Position numbers and translations under genes: made by a program. The notes below the pieces were generated by a model. It had not been told where the DNA came from, did no database searches, and worked only from the letters and a program-made list of their open reading frames with translations. A stretch of DNA of 46,303 bases, taken from positions 1 through 46,303 of the forward strand of contig JACRLF010000026.1 in assembly GCA_016235365.1 (NCBI GenBank). Reading direction: 5' to 3'. Shown here one piece after another: positions 1 to 10,075 of this stretch (within the stretch, counting starts at the first letter, position 1; each line of letters opens with the position of its first letter). Origin of the DNA: Deltaproteobacteria bacterium (GTDB taxonomy: Bacteria; Desulfobacterota; GWC2-55-46).

Positions 1-2
1 CG

Positions 3-470
3 TACAGGAAAGAGGTCATCAAGAACGTCCGCCTGTACGGCGAGATGCACAGGTTCATCCCCGCGATAGCGAGCTGGGTGGGCGCCTCCATAACCGAGGT
101 GGAGACGACCCACCATCCGAGGAGGTTCGGGCGGTCCAAGTACGGGATATCGAGGACCGTCAGGGTCATCCTCGACCTCATCACCGTGAAGTTCCTCCAG
201 AGCTTTTCCACGAGGCCCATACACGCCTTCGGCCCAGGGGGTCTGCTCCTGGGCTTCATCGGGTTCCTGATAGCGTTCTACCTGAGCTTCGAGAAGCTCG
301 TCAGGGGCAAGGACATCGGCGGCAGGCCGCTCCTATTCCTCGGCGTGCTCCTTATCATCCTCGGTGTCCAGCTCGTGGTGATGGGGCTTCTTGGGGAGAT
401 GCTCGCAAGGGTCTACCACGAGTCCCAGGGCAAGCCTATATACACCGTAAAAAAGGTGCTGGGCAGATGA
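3..470 (+). CDS. Glycosyltransferase family 2, C-terminal part (5' end outside window)
   Basis: The frame is open from the window edge (YRKEVIKNVRLYGEMHRFIPAIA...RFGRSKYG), followed by two C-terminal TM helices. This is the ArnC/DPM1-like membrane GT2 tail. The stop overlaps the next start (ATGA). Confidence 0.8.
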   Translation, partial: YRKEVIKNVRLYGEMHRFIPAIASWVGASITEVETTHHPRRFGRSKYGISRTVRVILDLITVKFLQSFSTRPIHAFGPGGLLLGFIGFLIAFYLSFEKLVRGKDIGGRPLLFLGVLLIILGVQLVVMGLLGEMLARVYHESQGKPIYTVKKVLGR

Positions 471-1435
471 TGAAAAAAATATTATCCATCGTGCTGAAGG
501 CCGCGGTGAGTCTAATCATACTCTACGCCCTCTTCAGGAACATCGACACAGGGGCCTTGTGGACGACGGCCGCGTCGGTCAACCGCCTGTCCGTGGCATT
601 TACGGCGCTCCTTTTCATAGCCACGCAGAGCGTCTCAACGCTTCGCTGGTCCATCATCCTTAAAAAGGACATGGAGGTCTCCTACCCGAGGCTCCTGTCC
701 ATATATTTCATTGGGATGTTCTTCAACAACTTCCTCCCCACGATGGTCGGCGGGGACCTCATCAAGGGGTATTACCTCTACAAGGAGTCCGGGAGGGGGG
801 ACGTCTCCCTCGCCTCCATCTTCATGGACAGGTATTCGGGCTTTGCCGCGCTCATGGTCATAACGCTTGCCGCCCTCGCGCCCGGCTACCCGCTCATAAA
901 GGATTCGGGGCTTCCGGCGTTCTTCGTGGCCCTCATAGGCGGCTTTTTCGCCGTAAGCCTTGTCATATGGGTAGGCCCGCTCCATTCATGGGTGATGCGG
1001 ATACTCTCCACGATACATTTTTACGGGATAAACAGGAAGATAGAGATGTTCTACAACGTGCTCATGGGATACAAGCGCCACTACCCCATCCTCGCCAAGA
1101 TATTCTTCTGCTCGGTCTTTGTCCAGGGCGGCGTCATCATAGGGTACTATATCCTGGGCAGGGGGCTCGGCATGGATATCGGCATAGGGTACTTTTTCCT
1201 CTTCATCCCCCTGACAACGGCCATATCGATGATCCCGATTTCGATGTCCGGCCTCGGGATAAGGGAGGGGGCCTTTGTCTACCTTTTTTCCAGGGCCGGC
1301 GCCAGCAAGGAACAGGCCCTGACGCTCTCGCTGATGTGGTTCGTGATGGCCGCCGTCGTGAGCATAGCCGGCGGCGTCGAGTACATAAGGATGGGCGGGG
1401 GCAAGGCCTATAAGGGGGGTGAGGCCGGGCCTTGA
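467..1435 (+). CDS. Flippase-like / lysylphosphatidylglycerol-synthase TM-region family membrane protein (UPF0104)
   Basis: 322-aa polytopic membrane protein with the motif FFNNFLPTMVGGDLIKGYYL typical of the UPF0104 family. It is translationally coupled to the upstream GT2, a common pairing. Confidence 0.75.
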   Translation: MMKKILSIVLKAAVSLIILYALFRNIDTGALWTTAASVNRLSVAFTALLFIATQSVSTLRWSIILKKDMEVSYPRLLSIYFIGMFFNNFLPTMVGGDLIKGYYLYKESGRGDVSLASIFMDRYSGFAALMVITLAALAPGYPLIKDSGLPAFFVALIGGFFAVSLVIWVGPLHSWVMRILSTIHFYGINRKIEMFYNVLMGYKRHYPILAKIFFCSVFVQGGVIIGYYILGRGLGMDIGIGYFFLFIPLTTAISMIPISMSGLGIREGAFVYLFSRAGASKEQALTLSLMWFVMAAVVSIAGGVEYIRMGGGKAYKGGEAGP

Positions 1436-1535
1436 CGTGGAGGCCCGCGAGCGTTGCCGCAGGGTGGGGGGGCTTCAAACCCCCTGATCGCTGAAAAATA
1501 CCGCATACCGATCCCAAGAATCCGGAGGTTTTGTG

Positions 1536-1706
1536 ATGGCCATCGACAAAGAGCTACTGGACATACTCGCGTGTCCGAAGTGCAAGGGCAAGATAAGGCT
1601 AAATGAGAAGAAGGACGGCCTTGTCTGCGAGAAGTGCAGGCTTGTCTACCCTATAAAAGACGATATCCCGGTGATGCTCGCCGAAGAGGCGCGCCCCCTC
1701 AAGTAG
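1536..1706 (+). CDS. Trm112-family (UPF0434/YcaR-like) zinc-ribbon mini-protein, 56 aa
   Basis: Absent from the supplied ORF track because it is under 60 aa. ATG at 1536 lies 8 nt after GGAGG. Translation is MAIDKELLDILACPKCKGKIRLNEKKDGLVCEKCRLVYPIKDDIPVMLAEEARPLK, with the canonical LACP-x-CKG...C-x2-C...YPI-x-DGIPVML signature. Confidence 0.8.
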   Translation: MAIDKELLDILACPKCKGKIRLNEKKDGLVCEKCRLVYPIKDDIPVMLAEEARPLK

Positions 1707-1778
1707 GACGCGGGCCGCACCGTATCGCGCGGCCTTGTCGGCATGGGGCTAAAAAGGGCCTGATCAAAAGAGCGCCAG

Positions 1779-2522
1779 ATGGAAAAGATATCAGTCACCA
1801 TAATAGCCCTGAACGAGGAAAAGAACATCGGGGAGTGCCTTGAGAGCGTCAAATGGGCCGATGAGATACTGGTGTCCGACTCCGGGAGCACGGATAAGAC
1901 CGTGGAGATATGCGGCAGGTACGGCGCAAAGGTCTTTAACGACGCGTGGAGGGGATTCGGGGCCCAGAAAAACCTGCTGGGCGACAGGGCCGTCAACGGA
2001 TGGATACTCAACGTGGACGCGGATGAGAGGGTGACGCCCGCGCTCAAGGAAGAGCTATTGAAGGCCGTGGAGGGGGGCGGCAAGGCCGGGTACTACGTGC
2101 CGAGGAAGAATTTTTTCGGCAGGAAGTGGATAAGGCACTGCGGGTGGTACCCGGATTACAACCTGAGGCTCTACAGGAAGGAGAGGGGCCGCTTCACCGA
2201 GAGGGCGGTGCACGAATCGGTAAAGGTGGACGGGGCCACCGGGCGCCTTAAAACCCCCCTCGAGCACTTCACGTACAGGGATGTCTCGGACTATCTGACC
2301 CGGATGGAGCGCTACTCCACCCTCGCCGCGGACGAGATGAGCGGCAGGGGTAGGCGCGCCGGGGCCCTTGACCTGCTCTTTCGCCCCGCGTTCACGTTCT
2401 TCAAGATGTTCGTGCTCAAGAGGGGGTTCCTTCACGGGGCCGACGGCGTCATGCTCTCGATGCTCTATGCCTCCTACACGCTGGCGAAGTACGCCAAGCT
2501 CAGGGAAAAAAGGGGCCCTTGA
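1779..2522 (+). CDS. Glycosyltransferase family 2 (LPS-core type, WaaE/KdtX-like)
   Basis: N-terminus ISVTIIALNEEKNIGECLESV...ILVSDSGSTDKT and a DADE motif; 247 aa soluble GT2. Confidence 0.85.
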   Translation: MEKISVTIIALNEEKNIGECLESVKWADEILVSDSGSTDKTVEICGRYGAKVFNDAWRGFGAQKNLLGDRAVNGWILNVDADERVTPALKEELLKAVEGGGKAGYYVPRKNFFGRKWIRHCGWYPDYNLRLYRKERGRFTERAVHESVKVDGATGRLKTPLEHFTYRDVSDYLTRMERYSTLAADEMSGRGRRAGALDLLFRPAFTFFKMFVLKRGFLHGADGVMLSMLYASYTLAKYAKLREKRGP

Positions 2523-2622
2523 TTGGCCGGCGCCCTGTCCCAGGCGGCTTCGGCGCGCGGGGCCGGGCCCGGCTTGAGTAAGGCCTCAAACATGCTTTTT
2601 TTCAGCGGAGGTCTCGCCTGAT

Positions 2623-3747
2623 TTGTTCGACGGCGTAAGGAACATACTCGTCATAAAGCTCAGGCATATAGGCGATGTGCTTTTGACCGTGCCCGCCATA
2701 AGGGCGCTTAAAGAGAGTTTCAAAGGCTCCAGGGTCTCCGCCCTCGTGAACTCCGGCACTGAGGAGATGCTGACGCTCAATCCGCTCCTGGATTCCGTGA
2801 TAGGCTTCCAGAGGTCGGTCAAGGACCTCCCGGTCCTCAAGCGCATAAGCTCCGAGTCGAGGTTCGTAAAGGGGCTCCGGGCCATGGGCTTTGACATGGC
2901 GGTGGACCTTACCGGCGGGGACAGGCCCGCGCTCATAGGGTACCTGTCCGGGGCGCGCTACAGGCTCGGTTACGAGCCCGCGGGCGGCTTCGCGGGCAAG
3001 AGGTATCTCTATACGCACCTCGCGAAGAGGCCCCAGGCCCGCACACATACGGTCCTGAGGGACTTAGGTATGGTAAAACACTTCGGCATAGGCACGAAAG
3101 ACCTGACAATCGATATCTTCACGTCCCCGGAGGACGAAGCCTTCATAGACACCCTCCTCATGGAGAACCTCAAGGACGGGGAGCCCTTCGTGCACGTCCA
3201 CCCGACGTCGAGATGGCTCTTTAAATGCTGGAGGGACGACTACATGGCGGCCTCCCTCGACTGGTTGCAGTCAAGGGGCCTGCGGGCGGTGATGACGTCC
3301 GGGCCGCAGGAGAGGGAGTTGAAGAAGGCGCGCTCCATCTCCGGGCTCATGAAGACGCCCCCGGTCGACCTCTCCGGCAGGCTCAGGTTGAAGCACCTGT
3401 CGGCCCTTTCGAGGCGTTCCGCGTTTTTCTTCGGGGTCGATTCCGCCCCCATGCACATCGCGGCGGCGTCAGGGGCGAGGGTGGTGTCCGTCTTCGGGCC
3501 GAGCGGGGCCTTTGATTGGGGGCCGTGGGACAACGGGGCCGCGGCTGAGTACGGCTTTTCAGATAGCCGCACCTCCCCTTACCCGGATAAAAACGGGGTC
3601 CAGACGTTCGGCGGTAATACCGTCGTACAGAAGGACTGGGACTGCGTCCCGTGCGGCAAGGACGGATGCAACGGGAGCAAGAAGAGCGACTGCCTCGACG
3701 CGTTGACCCCCGAAGAGGTCTTCGGTGCGTTTCTGAAAACCATATAG
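2623..3747 (+). CDS. Glycosyltransferase family 9 (heptosyltransferase-like), paralogue 1
   Basis: TTG start. ILVIKLRHIGDVLLTVPAIRALK N-terminal signature and GVDSAPMHIAAA motif of GT9, with a Cys-rich C-terminus (CVPCGKDGC). Confidence 0.85.
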   Translation: MFDGVRNILVIKLRHIGDVLLTVPAIRALKESFKGSRVSALVNSGTEEMLTLNPLLDSVIGFQRSVKDLPVLKRISSESRFVKGLRAMGFDMAVDLTGGDRPALIGYLSGARYRLGYEPAGGFAGKRYLYTHLAKRPQARTHTVLRDLGMVKHFGIGTKDLTIDIFTSPEDEAFIDTLLMENLKDGEPFVHVHPTSRWLFKCWRDDYMAASLDWLQSRGLRAVMTSGPQERELKKARSISGLMKTPPVDLSGRLRLKHLSALSRRSAFFFGVDSAPMHIAAASGARVVSVFGPSGAFDWGPWDNGAAAEYGFSDSRTSPYPDKNGVQTFGGNTVVQKDWDCVPCGKDGCNGSKKSDCLDALTPEEVFGAFLKTI

Positions 3748-3801
3748 GTCTTGCAAGCCCCGTTGCTTAATAAGTAATTTTTTCCGGGATCGGGTAGGCA
3801 G

Positions 3802-4482
3802 GTGAAGGAACATCAACTCGCGGTGCTGAATTTTTTCAAGGGTCTCAGGCCGGGAAGGCTCCTTGACGCCGGTTCCGGCGGGGACGCGCTCGGGCGTGTC
3901 TTGAAGGACAGGGGGTTTGACGTATTCTCCCTCGACCTCTACGCTCGCCCGTACCTGAAGGACAGGTTCGTAAGGGCGGACATGAACGGGGGCCTGCCCT
4001 TCGTCGACGGCGCGTTCGATTACGTCCTATGCAGCGAATCGCTCCAGTACCTGGAGAACCACGCAAGTCTTTTCAGGGAGTTCCAGAGGGTGCTAAAGAA
4101 AGGCGGGAGCGTGATAGTAAGCATACCCAACCTCCTCAACGCGGGCTCGCGGCTCTACTTCCTGCACAGGGGGTATTACCCGAGCTTCAAGCCCATAAGG
4201 ACGGTGGATGCAAGCAAGGAATGGGACTCCATAGCCTACAACCCGATCTCGTTCGTTGAGATACTGGAGCTCGCGAAGAGGAACAACTTCGAACTCAAGT
4301 CGATTAACGCGTCAAGGATGAAGCCCTCGAATCTCCCCCTATACCCTTTTTTAAAGGCGCTCTACTCTCTGGGGCTCCTTTTCGAGAGGCGCGCGGAAAA
4401 GGCCGAATTATTAAGGCGCCTGTCCTCCAGGGAGGCGCTCCTCGGCGACCATCTTATAATCCATATAGGCCTCAGGGCTTAA
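3802..4482 (+). CDS. Class I SAM-dependent methyltransferase
   Basis: GTG start. Motif I LLDAGSGGD and the post-I acidic residue; fold-typical ...LKKGGSVIVSIPN. Confidence 0.8.
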   Translation: MKEHQLAVLNFFKGLRPGRLLDAGSGGDALGRVLKDRGFDVFSLDLYARPYLKDRFVRADMNGGLPFVDGAFDYVLCSESLQYLENHASLFREFQRVLKKGGSVIVSIPNLLNAGSRLYFLHRGYYPSFKPIRTVDASKEWDSIAYNPISFVEILELAKRNNFELKSINASRMKPSNLPLYPFLKALYSLGLLFERRAEKAELLRRLSSREALLGDHLIIHIGLRA

Positions 4483-4489
4483 TCCCCGT

Positions 4490-5587
4490 ATGCTTACGAT
4501 CATGCATTCAGAGTCGTCGCTTGGCTGGGGCGGCCAGGAGAACAGAACGCTGCATGAGTGCCTGGGCTTGAAAAGGCTCGGCGCGCGCGTTATCGTCTTG
4601 TGCAAGCCCGACAGCGTTCTGAGGCAGAGGGCCGCGCAGTCCGGCATCGAGGTGATCGTCCACCCCATGAGGTCAAACCGCGATATCTCGGCCATAAGGC
4701 GCGCCATAGGGATAATCAGGGACGAGAGGGTCGACGTCGTAAGCACGCACAGCGGGGTGGACAGCCTCATATGCGCCATTGCAGGCAGGTTCTCAAGCGT
4801 AAAGCCAGTGATAGTGAGGACAAGACACCTGGCCCTGCCCATCACCTCGAGGCTGACGTATTCGATGCTCCCGCACATGGTGGTGACCGTGAGCGAGTCC
4901 GTGCGCGCTCACCTGGTCGTTGAAAAGGGGATACCCGCCCACAGGGTGGTCTCGATCCCGACGGGCGTGGACCTGAAGATGTTCGACCCGGACGCCGCTC
5001 CAGATACGCTGCGGCGCGAGCTGGGGCTGGATAAGGATAAACTGATAGTCGGGACCGTAGCCATATTGAGGAGGAAGAAAGGCCACCACGTTCTGCTCGA
5101 CGCCATACCGGAGGTGCTCAGAGAAGTCCCCGGCGCGGTATTCGTCTTCGCCGGAGACGGCCCGCAGAGGGGCAATATCGAGGACAGGATAAAGGCCCTC
5201 GGCTTAACGCAAAGCGTCAGGCTCTTAGGGCTCAGGACCGACGTGCCTGCAATATTGAAGGGTCTCGACCTCTTTGTCCTGCCCACCCTTCAGGAGGCGC
5301 TCGGGACCTCCATCCTCGAGGCGTCCGCCATGCGCAAGGCGGTCGTGGCCACGCGCGTGGGAGGGGTGCCTGAGGCGGTCGCCGACGGCGTCACCGGCGT
5401 CCTTGTCCCGCCAGAGGACGCTTCCGCGCTCGCCGCGGCAATGACAAGGCTCTTCAAGGACCCAGGGCTGAGGACGGCCATGGGAGAGCGCGGCAGGGAG
5501 ATGGTGGAGAGGGAGTATTCAACGGACAGGATGGCCGAGCGCATGTTCGAGCTTTATACCGCATTGGCGCGGAAACGGAAGCGATAG
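4490..5587 (+). CDS. Glycosyltransferase family 4 (GT-B, group 1)
   Basis: GWGGQE N-terminus and C-terminal E-x7-E region (LQEALGTSILEASAMRKAVVATRVGGVPE). Confidence 0.85.
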   Translation: MLTIMHSESSLGWGGQENRTLHECLGLKRLGARVIVLCKPDSVLRQRAAQSGIEVIVHPMRSNRDISAIRRAIGIIRDERVDVVSTHSGVDSLICAIAGRFSSVKPVIVRTRHLALPITSRLTYSMLPHMVVTVSESVRAHLVVEKGIPAHRVVSIPTGVDLKMFDPDAAPDTLRRELGLDKDKLIVGTVAILRRKKGHHVLLDAIPEVLREVPGAVFVFAGDGPQRGNIEDRIKALGLTQSVRLLGLRTDVPAILKGLDLFVLPTLQEALGTSILEASAMRKAVVATRVGGVPEAVADGVTGVLVPPEDASALAAAMTRLFKDPGLRTAMGERGREMVEREYSTDRMAERMFELYTALARKRKR

Positions 5588-5629
5588 GGGTTACGGCGAC
5601 GTAATCTTCCGGCCGCCGCCCTTTATAAT

Positions 5630-6445
5630 ATGACAACTGTGCCGGTACTTATGTACCACCACATAAGCCCCAACAGGGGGGATATGATAACGGTTGCGCC
5701 GGAGGTCTTTGACGCGCAGATGCGCCACGTAAAGGAGGCCGGCTACAGGAGCCTGAGCGTGGACGAGCTTGTGGGGTTCATGCGCGGCAAGAATGAAATC
5801 GACGGCAGGGCCGTGGCGATCACGTTCGACGACGGCTATCTCGACAACTACGTCTACGCCTTCCCGGTATTGAAGGCCTGCGGAGTAAAGGCCACGGTCT
5901 TTACCGTGACGGCCTGGGCCGATTGCGCCACGAAGGAAAACGGCGCTGAGGGCAAGGGCTCGCTGATAGAAGAATTCAGGAGAAGGCCGCCCACGCACGC
6001 AGAGGCCAAGGCGATGATAGAAAAGGGCGACTGCCGGGGGGCCGTCATGGACTGGGAGATGATAGAGGAGATGAGGGGGAGCGGCCTTGTCGAATTCCAC
6101 TCCCATACGATGACGCATGAGAGGTGCGACCGGCTCTCCGGCGAAGGGCTTGCGAACGAGCTTGCGGGCTCAAGGCAGGCCCTTGAGGAAAGGTTGAACG
6201 TCGCGTGCAAGTACCTCTGCTGGCCGAAGGGCAAGCACGCCCCGGAGTCTGTGGAGGCCGCGAAGGCCGCCGGATACGCGGGGATATTCACTACCGCGCC
6301 GGGTGTAGCGCGGCGGGGGGACGACCCCTTTTCAATAAAGAGGATACCGGTCAAGGACGGCGTCAACTGGTTCAAATCGAGGCTGAGGATATACACAAGC
6401 CCGCTCATGTCGGCCCTTTACCTGAGGATGAGCGGGAAGAGATAA
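5630..6445 (+). CDS. Polysaccharide deacetylase (NodB homology domain)
   Basis: PVLMYHHI, ITFDDGY and H-x-x-x-H (HSHTMTH) metal-binding motifs of CE4/NodB enzymes. Confidence 0.85.
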   Translation: MTTVPVLMYHHISPNRGDMITVAPEVFDAQMRHVKEAGYRSLSVDELVGFMRGKNEIDGRAVAITFDDGYLDNYVYAFPVLKACGVKATVFTVTAWADCATKENGAEGKGSLIEEFRRRPPTHAEAKAMIEKGDCRGAVMDWEMIEEMRGSGLVEFHSHTMTHERCDRLSGEGLANELAGSRQALEERLNVACKYLCWPKGKHAPESVEAAKAAGYAGIFTTAPGVARRGDDPFSIKRIPVKDGVNWFKSRLRIYTSPLMSALYLRMSGKR

Positions 6446-6449
6446 TGTT

Positions 6450-7607
6450 GTGTTCGGGCGCGCTCCGCGAACAAGGCGGTTTGCAATGAGGCTTAAACCT
6501 GTAGACGGATTTTTATACCTGTGGATGAGGGCCGGTAAGGCGCTCGATAAGAGGAAGACCGGCATTGAGGCCTTCAGCCCGGGCGTGGTAAGGAATATCC
6601 TCATCGTATCGTCCACCGCCATAGGCGACACGCTCCTTTCGACCCCCGCCATACGGGCCGTCAGGAAGCAGTACCCTCGGGCAAGGATAGTGGCCATGTT
6701 CAACAGGGACAATATGGAGCTATTCGAGTCCAGTCCGCATATCGACGCGGTCGTGCCATATTACGGCGGCTACAGGCGGTTCTTTAAGACGGCAAGGGAA
6801 CTGCGCGCCTGCTCTTTCGACCTCGCTCTCATATTCCACGGCAACGAGCCGCAGGCAACGCCGCTGTGCTACCTATCCGGCGCCCCCTTCATCTTCAAGC
6901 TCCCGAATAACGGCCCATATAACTTCCTCTTATCCAACAGGACGCCTGTAGTCGGATGGGGGGAGATGGGCCACGGCATAGAGGGCAGGCTCAAGGCGGC
7001 GGCCCTCGCGGGGTGCGTACCGGACGGCATCAGGATGGAGGTCGACCGCGACCGCGCCGACGAGGCGGCGGTATCGAAGTTCCTCTCCGGGGAGGGCGTA
7101 ACCGATGGGGACATCCTCGTCGGCTTCCAGGCCGGCGCATCCACCGTGAGCAGGCAGTGGTTCGCCGACAGGTTCGCGGAGCTTGGGAGGAGACTGATAA
7201 AGAGAACCCCGCGCCTCAAGGTCGTGCTCACCGGCTCGCCCGGAGAGGCCCCGCTCTGTAAAGAGATAGCGGACGGCATAGGCAGGGGGGCAATTCCGGC
7301 GGCGGGCAGGCTAAGGCTCCGGCAGACCCCGTCATTGATAGGGAGGCTCAAGACGCTCGTCACCGGGGATACCGGCCCCATGCACATGGCCATAGCCGTC
7401 GGCACGCCGGTGGTTGCCCTGTACGCGGTGGCTGACCCGGGGAGGACAGGCCCGCTCTATGACAGAGAGCGCCATATCGTGATACAAAAGCCGAGGACGT
7501 GCGACCCGTGCGTGAGCAAGAGGTGCGGGTACCAGAAGTGCATGGAGGCCATAGGCGTTGATGAGGTCGAGGCCGCGGTAAGACGCACCCTGGAGGCCGT
7601 CCGGTGA
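6450..7607 (+). CDS. Glycosyltransferase family 9 (heptosyltransferase-like), paralogue 2
   Basis: ILIVSSTAIGDTLLSTPAIRAVRK and GDTGPMHMAIAVG motifs. GTG start at 6450; an alternative ATG at 6486 is possible. Confidence 0.85.
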   Translation: MFGRAPRTRRFAMRLKPVDGFLYLWMRAGKALDKRKTGIEAFSPGVVRNILIVSSTAIGDTLLSTPAIRAVRKQYPRARIVAMFNRDNMELFESSPHIDAVVPYYGGYRRFFKTARELRACSFDLALIFHGNEPQATPLCYLSGAPFIFKLPNNGPYNFLLSNRTPVVGWGEMGHGIEGRLKAAALAGCVPDGIRMEVDRDRADEAAVSKFLSGEGVTDGDILVGFQAGASTVSRQWFADRFAELGRRLIKRTPRLKVVLTGSPGEAPLCKEIADGIGRGAIPAAGRLRLRQTPSLIGRLKTLVTGDTGPMHMAIAVGTPVVALYAVADPGRTGPLYDRERHIVIQKPRTCDPCVSKRCGYQKCMEAIGVDEVEAAVRRTLEAVR

Positions 7608-8779
7608 AGATAGGCATCGTATGGGAGAACGGGGTCTCAAAATGGATGTCCCAGATGTTCGAGCCCCTCATGGAGTTCCCCGGTGTCGATATGAACGTAT
7701 TCGTGGGGGAGAGGAACAAGTTCGACGTCAAGGACGTAAGGCTCAATAAACATGACCTCACCCACAGGGAGGAGATACTGCTCGGCCTCTATAACGCCGT
7801 GACCCTTTCCCGCAGGGCCCCCAGGAGCCCGTACAGGAAGATGCACTTCTACCTGAACTCGCTCGACAAGCATCTAAAAGGCTACGACATAGTGGAATGC
7901 CACGACTCGAGCCGCTCCCTCTATACGCTCGCGGAGCTTAAGAGGCGCAAGGGTTTTAAGCTCGTCGTCAGCTACGCCGAGAACATACCGTACAGGCAGG
8001 TCTTTGACGATAAGACGAACTACATCAAGAAGAGCACGTATGAAATGGTAGACCATTTCATACCCTGGTGTGATACGATAAAAGACGTCCTTCTGCTCGA
8101 GGGCGTGCCGCCGGAGAAGTTGACGCGCGTCTATACGGGCGTGGATTTAAGCCTCTTCAGGCCCGAGCCTCCGGACAGCGGGCTTCAGGACGAATTCGGC
8201 ATCCGGGACGGCGAATTCACTATCCTCTATATCGGCAAGCTCACCTCGTGGAAGGGCGTCCACATGCTCGCCTACGCCGCCAGGGCGCTTGAAGCAAAGG
8301 GCTACAGGGACTTTCGCATAGTGGTGGCGGGCCGGGGCGCACAGCTTGAAAACCTTAAAAAAATAATCGCCGAGGCCGGGGTAGGCGAGCGCTTCCGCTT
8401 CGCGGGCTTCATCCCGTACGATAAGATCAGACTCCTGTATAATATCGCCGACGTATTCGTCATGCCGAGCTATCCGACCATGACGTGGCAGGAGCAGTTC
8501 GGCATGGTGCTTGTGGAGGCCATGGCCTGCGGCAGATGCGTCATAGGCTCTGCCACAGGCTCTATCCCCGAGGTGATAGGTGACGCGGGGATGACGTTCA
8601 CCCCGGGGAATTTTTTCGAGTTTACCGAACGTATAGCCTCGCTGATGGATGACAGGGGGCTTGCCGGGGAGTTCGGCGAAAGGGGCAGGAGGCGCGCCGA
8701 GACCCTCTTCGACGCGCGCAAGAACGCTGAAGAGATATACGACGTATACAGGAAGGCGCTGGGAAAGCAGAAGGCCTGA
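7604..8779 (+). CDS. Glycosyltransferase family 4
   Basis: GTG start overlapping the upstream stop (GTGA). C-terminal GT-B motif FVMPSYPT...EQFGMVLVEAMACGRCVIGSATGSIPE. Confidence 0.85.
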   Translation: MKIGIVWENGVSKWMSQMFEPLMEFPGVDMNVFVGERNKFDVKDVRLNKHDLTHREEILLGLYNAVTLSRRAPRSPYRKMHFYLNSLDKHLKGYDIVECHDSSRSLYTLAELKRRKGFKLVVSYAENIPYRQVFDDKTNYIKKSTYEMVDHFIPWCDTIKDVLLLEGVPPEKLTRVYTGVDLSLFRPEPPDSGLQDEFGIRDGEFTILYIGKLTSWKGVHMLAYAARALEAKGYRDFRIVVAGRGAQLENLKKIIAEAGVGERFRFAGFIPYDKIRLLYNIADVFVMPSYPTMTWQEQFGMVLVEAMACGRCVIGSATGSIPEVIGDAGMTFTPGNFFEFTERIASLMDDRGLAGEFGERGRRRAETLFDARKNAEEIYDVYRKALGKQKA

Positions 8780-8854
8780 GGCGGGGGCCGGCGCTCAGTT
8801 TCCGAGGTGTTGATAAGGGGCTCTGTCTGGACTCAGGCGGAGATCAATTTTCCG

Positions 8855-10075
8855 ATGGTGTCTCAAAAGATGTCTTTAAAGAAAATACTCATCCTCGATA
8901 CGGGCAAGGAGTGGGGCGGCGGCACGAACAGCCTCATCGAGCTGCTCAAGAGGGCGGACAGAAAGAGGTGCTCTTTCTCGGCCCTCTTTTACGAGAACTA
9001 CGGGATGGGCAGGGGCCCGGACATCGGCAGCGAGATCGAGAGGCTCGGGGTGGAGTTCATCCATATGAAAAAAAGCCCCGTGAAATTCTACGCAAAGGGG
9101 CTTAAAGAGGCCGGCCGGGCGCTCCTATTCTTCAGCCGCGAATTAAGGAAACGGTACGTATTCAATATAGACCGCTTCAGCAGGGTCATCCCGGATTCCA
9201 GGAGGATAGCCGCGGTGCTTAAGGACGGCGGGTTCGGTCTGCTTTACATGAACAACCAGCCTTCTTCAAACCTCGAGGGGATACTGGCCGCCGCGTCGGT
9301 CGGCGTCCCGTGCGTGCAGCATTCGAGGATAGACGTGAGGCTCAAGCCGTTGGAGGCCCGGCTGGTAAACGAATCGGTATCAAGGGTGATATGCGTATCC
9401 GAGGGGGTAAGGCGGGGGCTCGTGGAGAGCGGCGTGAGAGCTGATAAGTGCGTTGTCGTATATAACGGCATAGACCCCTCTGTCAAGCCCAAAAGGAAGG
9501 CCGAAGAGGTCCGGCGGGAGATCGGGCTCGGCGCGCGCGGGGTTCTTATAGGGACCGTAGGCTCGCTCATAGAGAGAAAGAGGGTCGAACTCCTGATAGA
9601 GGCAACGGCGCGTCTTAAAAAGACGGGCAAGGAGGAGGTCTGGTGCGTCATCGTGGGGGACGGCCCGGAGAAGGGGCGGTTGAGGAAAGAGGCCGAACGG
9701 CTCGGCGTCGGGGACAGGGTAATCTTCACCGGCTTTTCAGCCGACGCCCTCTCGTACATGAACGCGATGGACATATTCGTAATGGCCTCCAGGGCCGAGG
9801 GGCTCCCGAGGGTGATACTCGAAGCCATGTTGATGAGTAAACCCGTCATAGCCTTCGATATCGTGGGTGCGAACGAGCTTGTCCTCAACGGGGTCACGGG
9901 GCTTATCCTCAAGGACGGCGGCGGGGCGGCGATAGCGGACGCCGTTGAGGGGCTTATCGGGGACAGGGATAAGATGAGGTCCTTCGGCTCGGCCGGGAGG
10001 CAGAGGGTCATCGGCTCCTTCGGCATAGAGAGCTACGTAAAGGGTGTGGAGAAGGTCTTTCAAGAGGTCGTTTAG
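8855..10075 (+). CDS. Glycosyltransferase family 4
   Basis: ILILDTGKEWGGG N-terminus and FVMASRAEGLPRVILEAMLMSKPVIAFD motif. The start is uncertain: the track ORF opens at 8807, with in-frame ATGs at 8855 and 8870. Confidence 0.8.
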   Translation: MVSQKMSLKKILILDTGKEWGGGTNSLIELLKRADRKRCSFSALFYENYGMGRGPDIGSEIERLGVEFIHMKKSPVKFYAKGLKEAGRALLFFSRELRKRYVFNIDRFSRVIPDSRRIAAVLKDGGFGLLYMNNQPSSNLEGILAAASVGVPCVQHSRIDVRLKPLEARLVNESVSRVICVSEGVRRGLVESGVRADKCVVVYNGIDPSVKPKRKAEEVRREIGLGARGVLIGTVGSLIERKRVELLIEATARLKKTGKEEVWCVIVGDGPEKGRLRKEAERLGVGDRVIFTGFSADALSYMNAMDIFVMASRAEGLPRVILEAMLMSKPVIAFDIVGANELVLNGVTGLILKDGGGAAIADAVEGLIGDRDKMRSFGSAGRQRVIGSFGIESYVKGVEKVFQEVV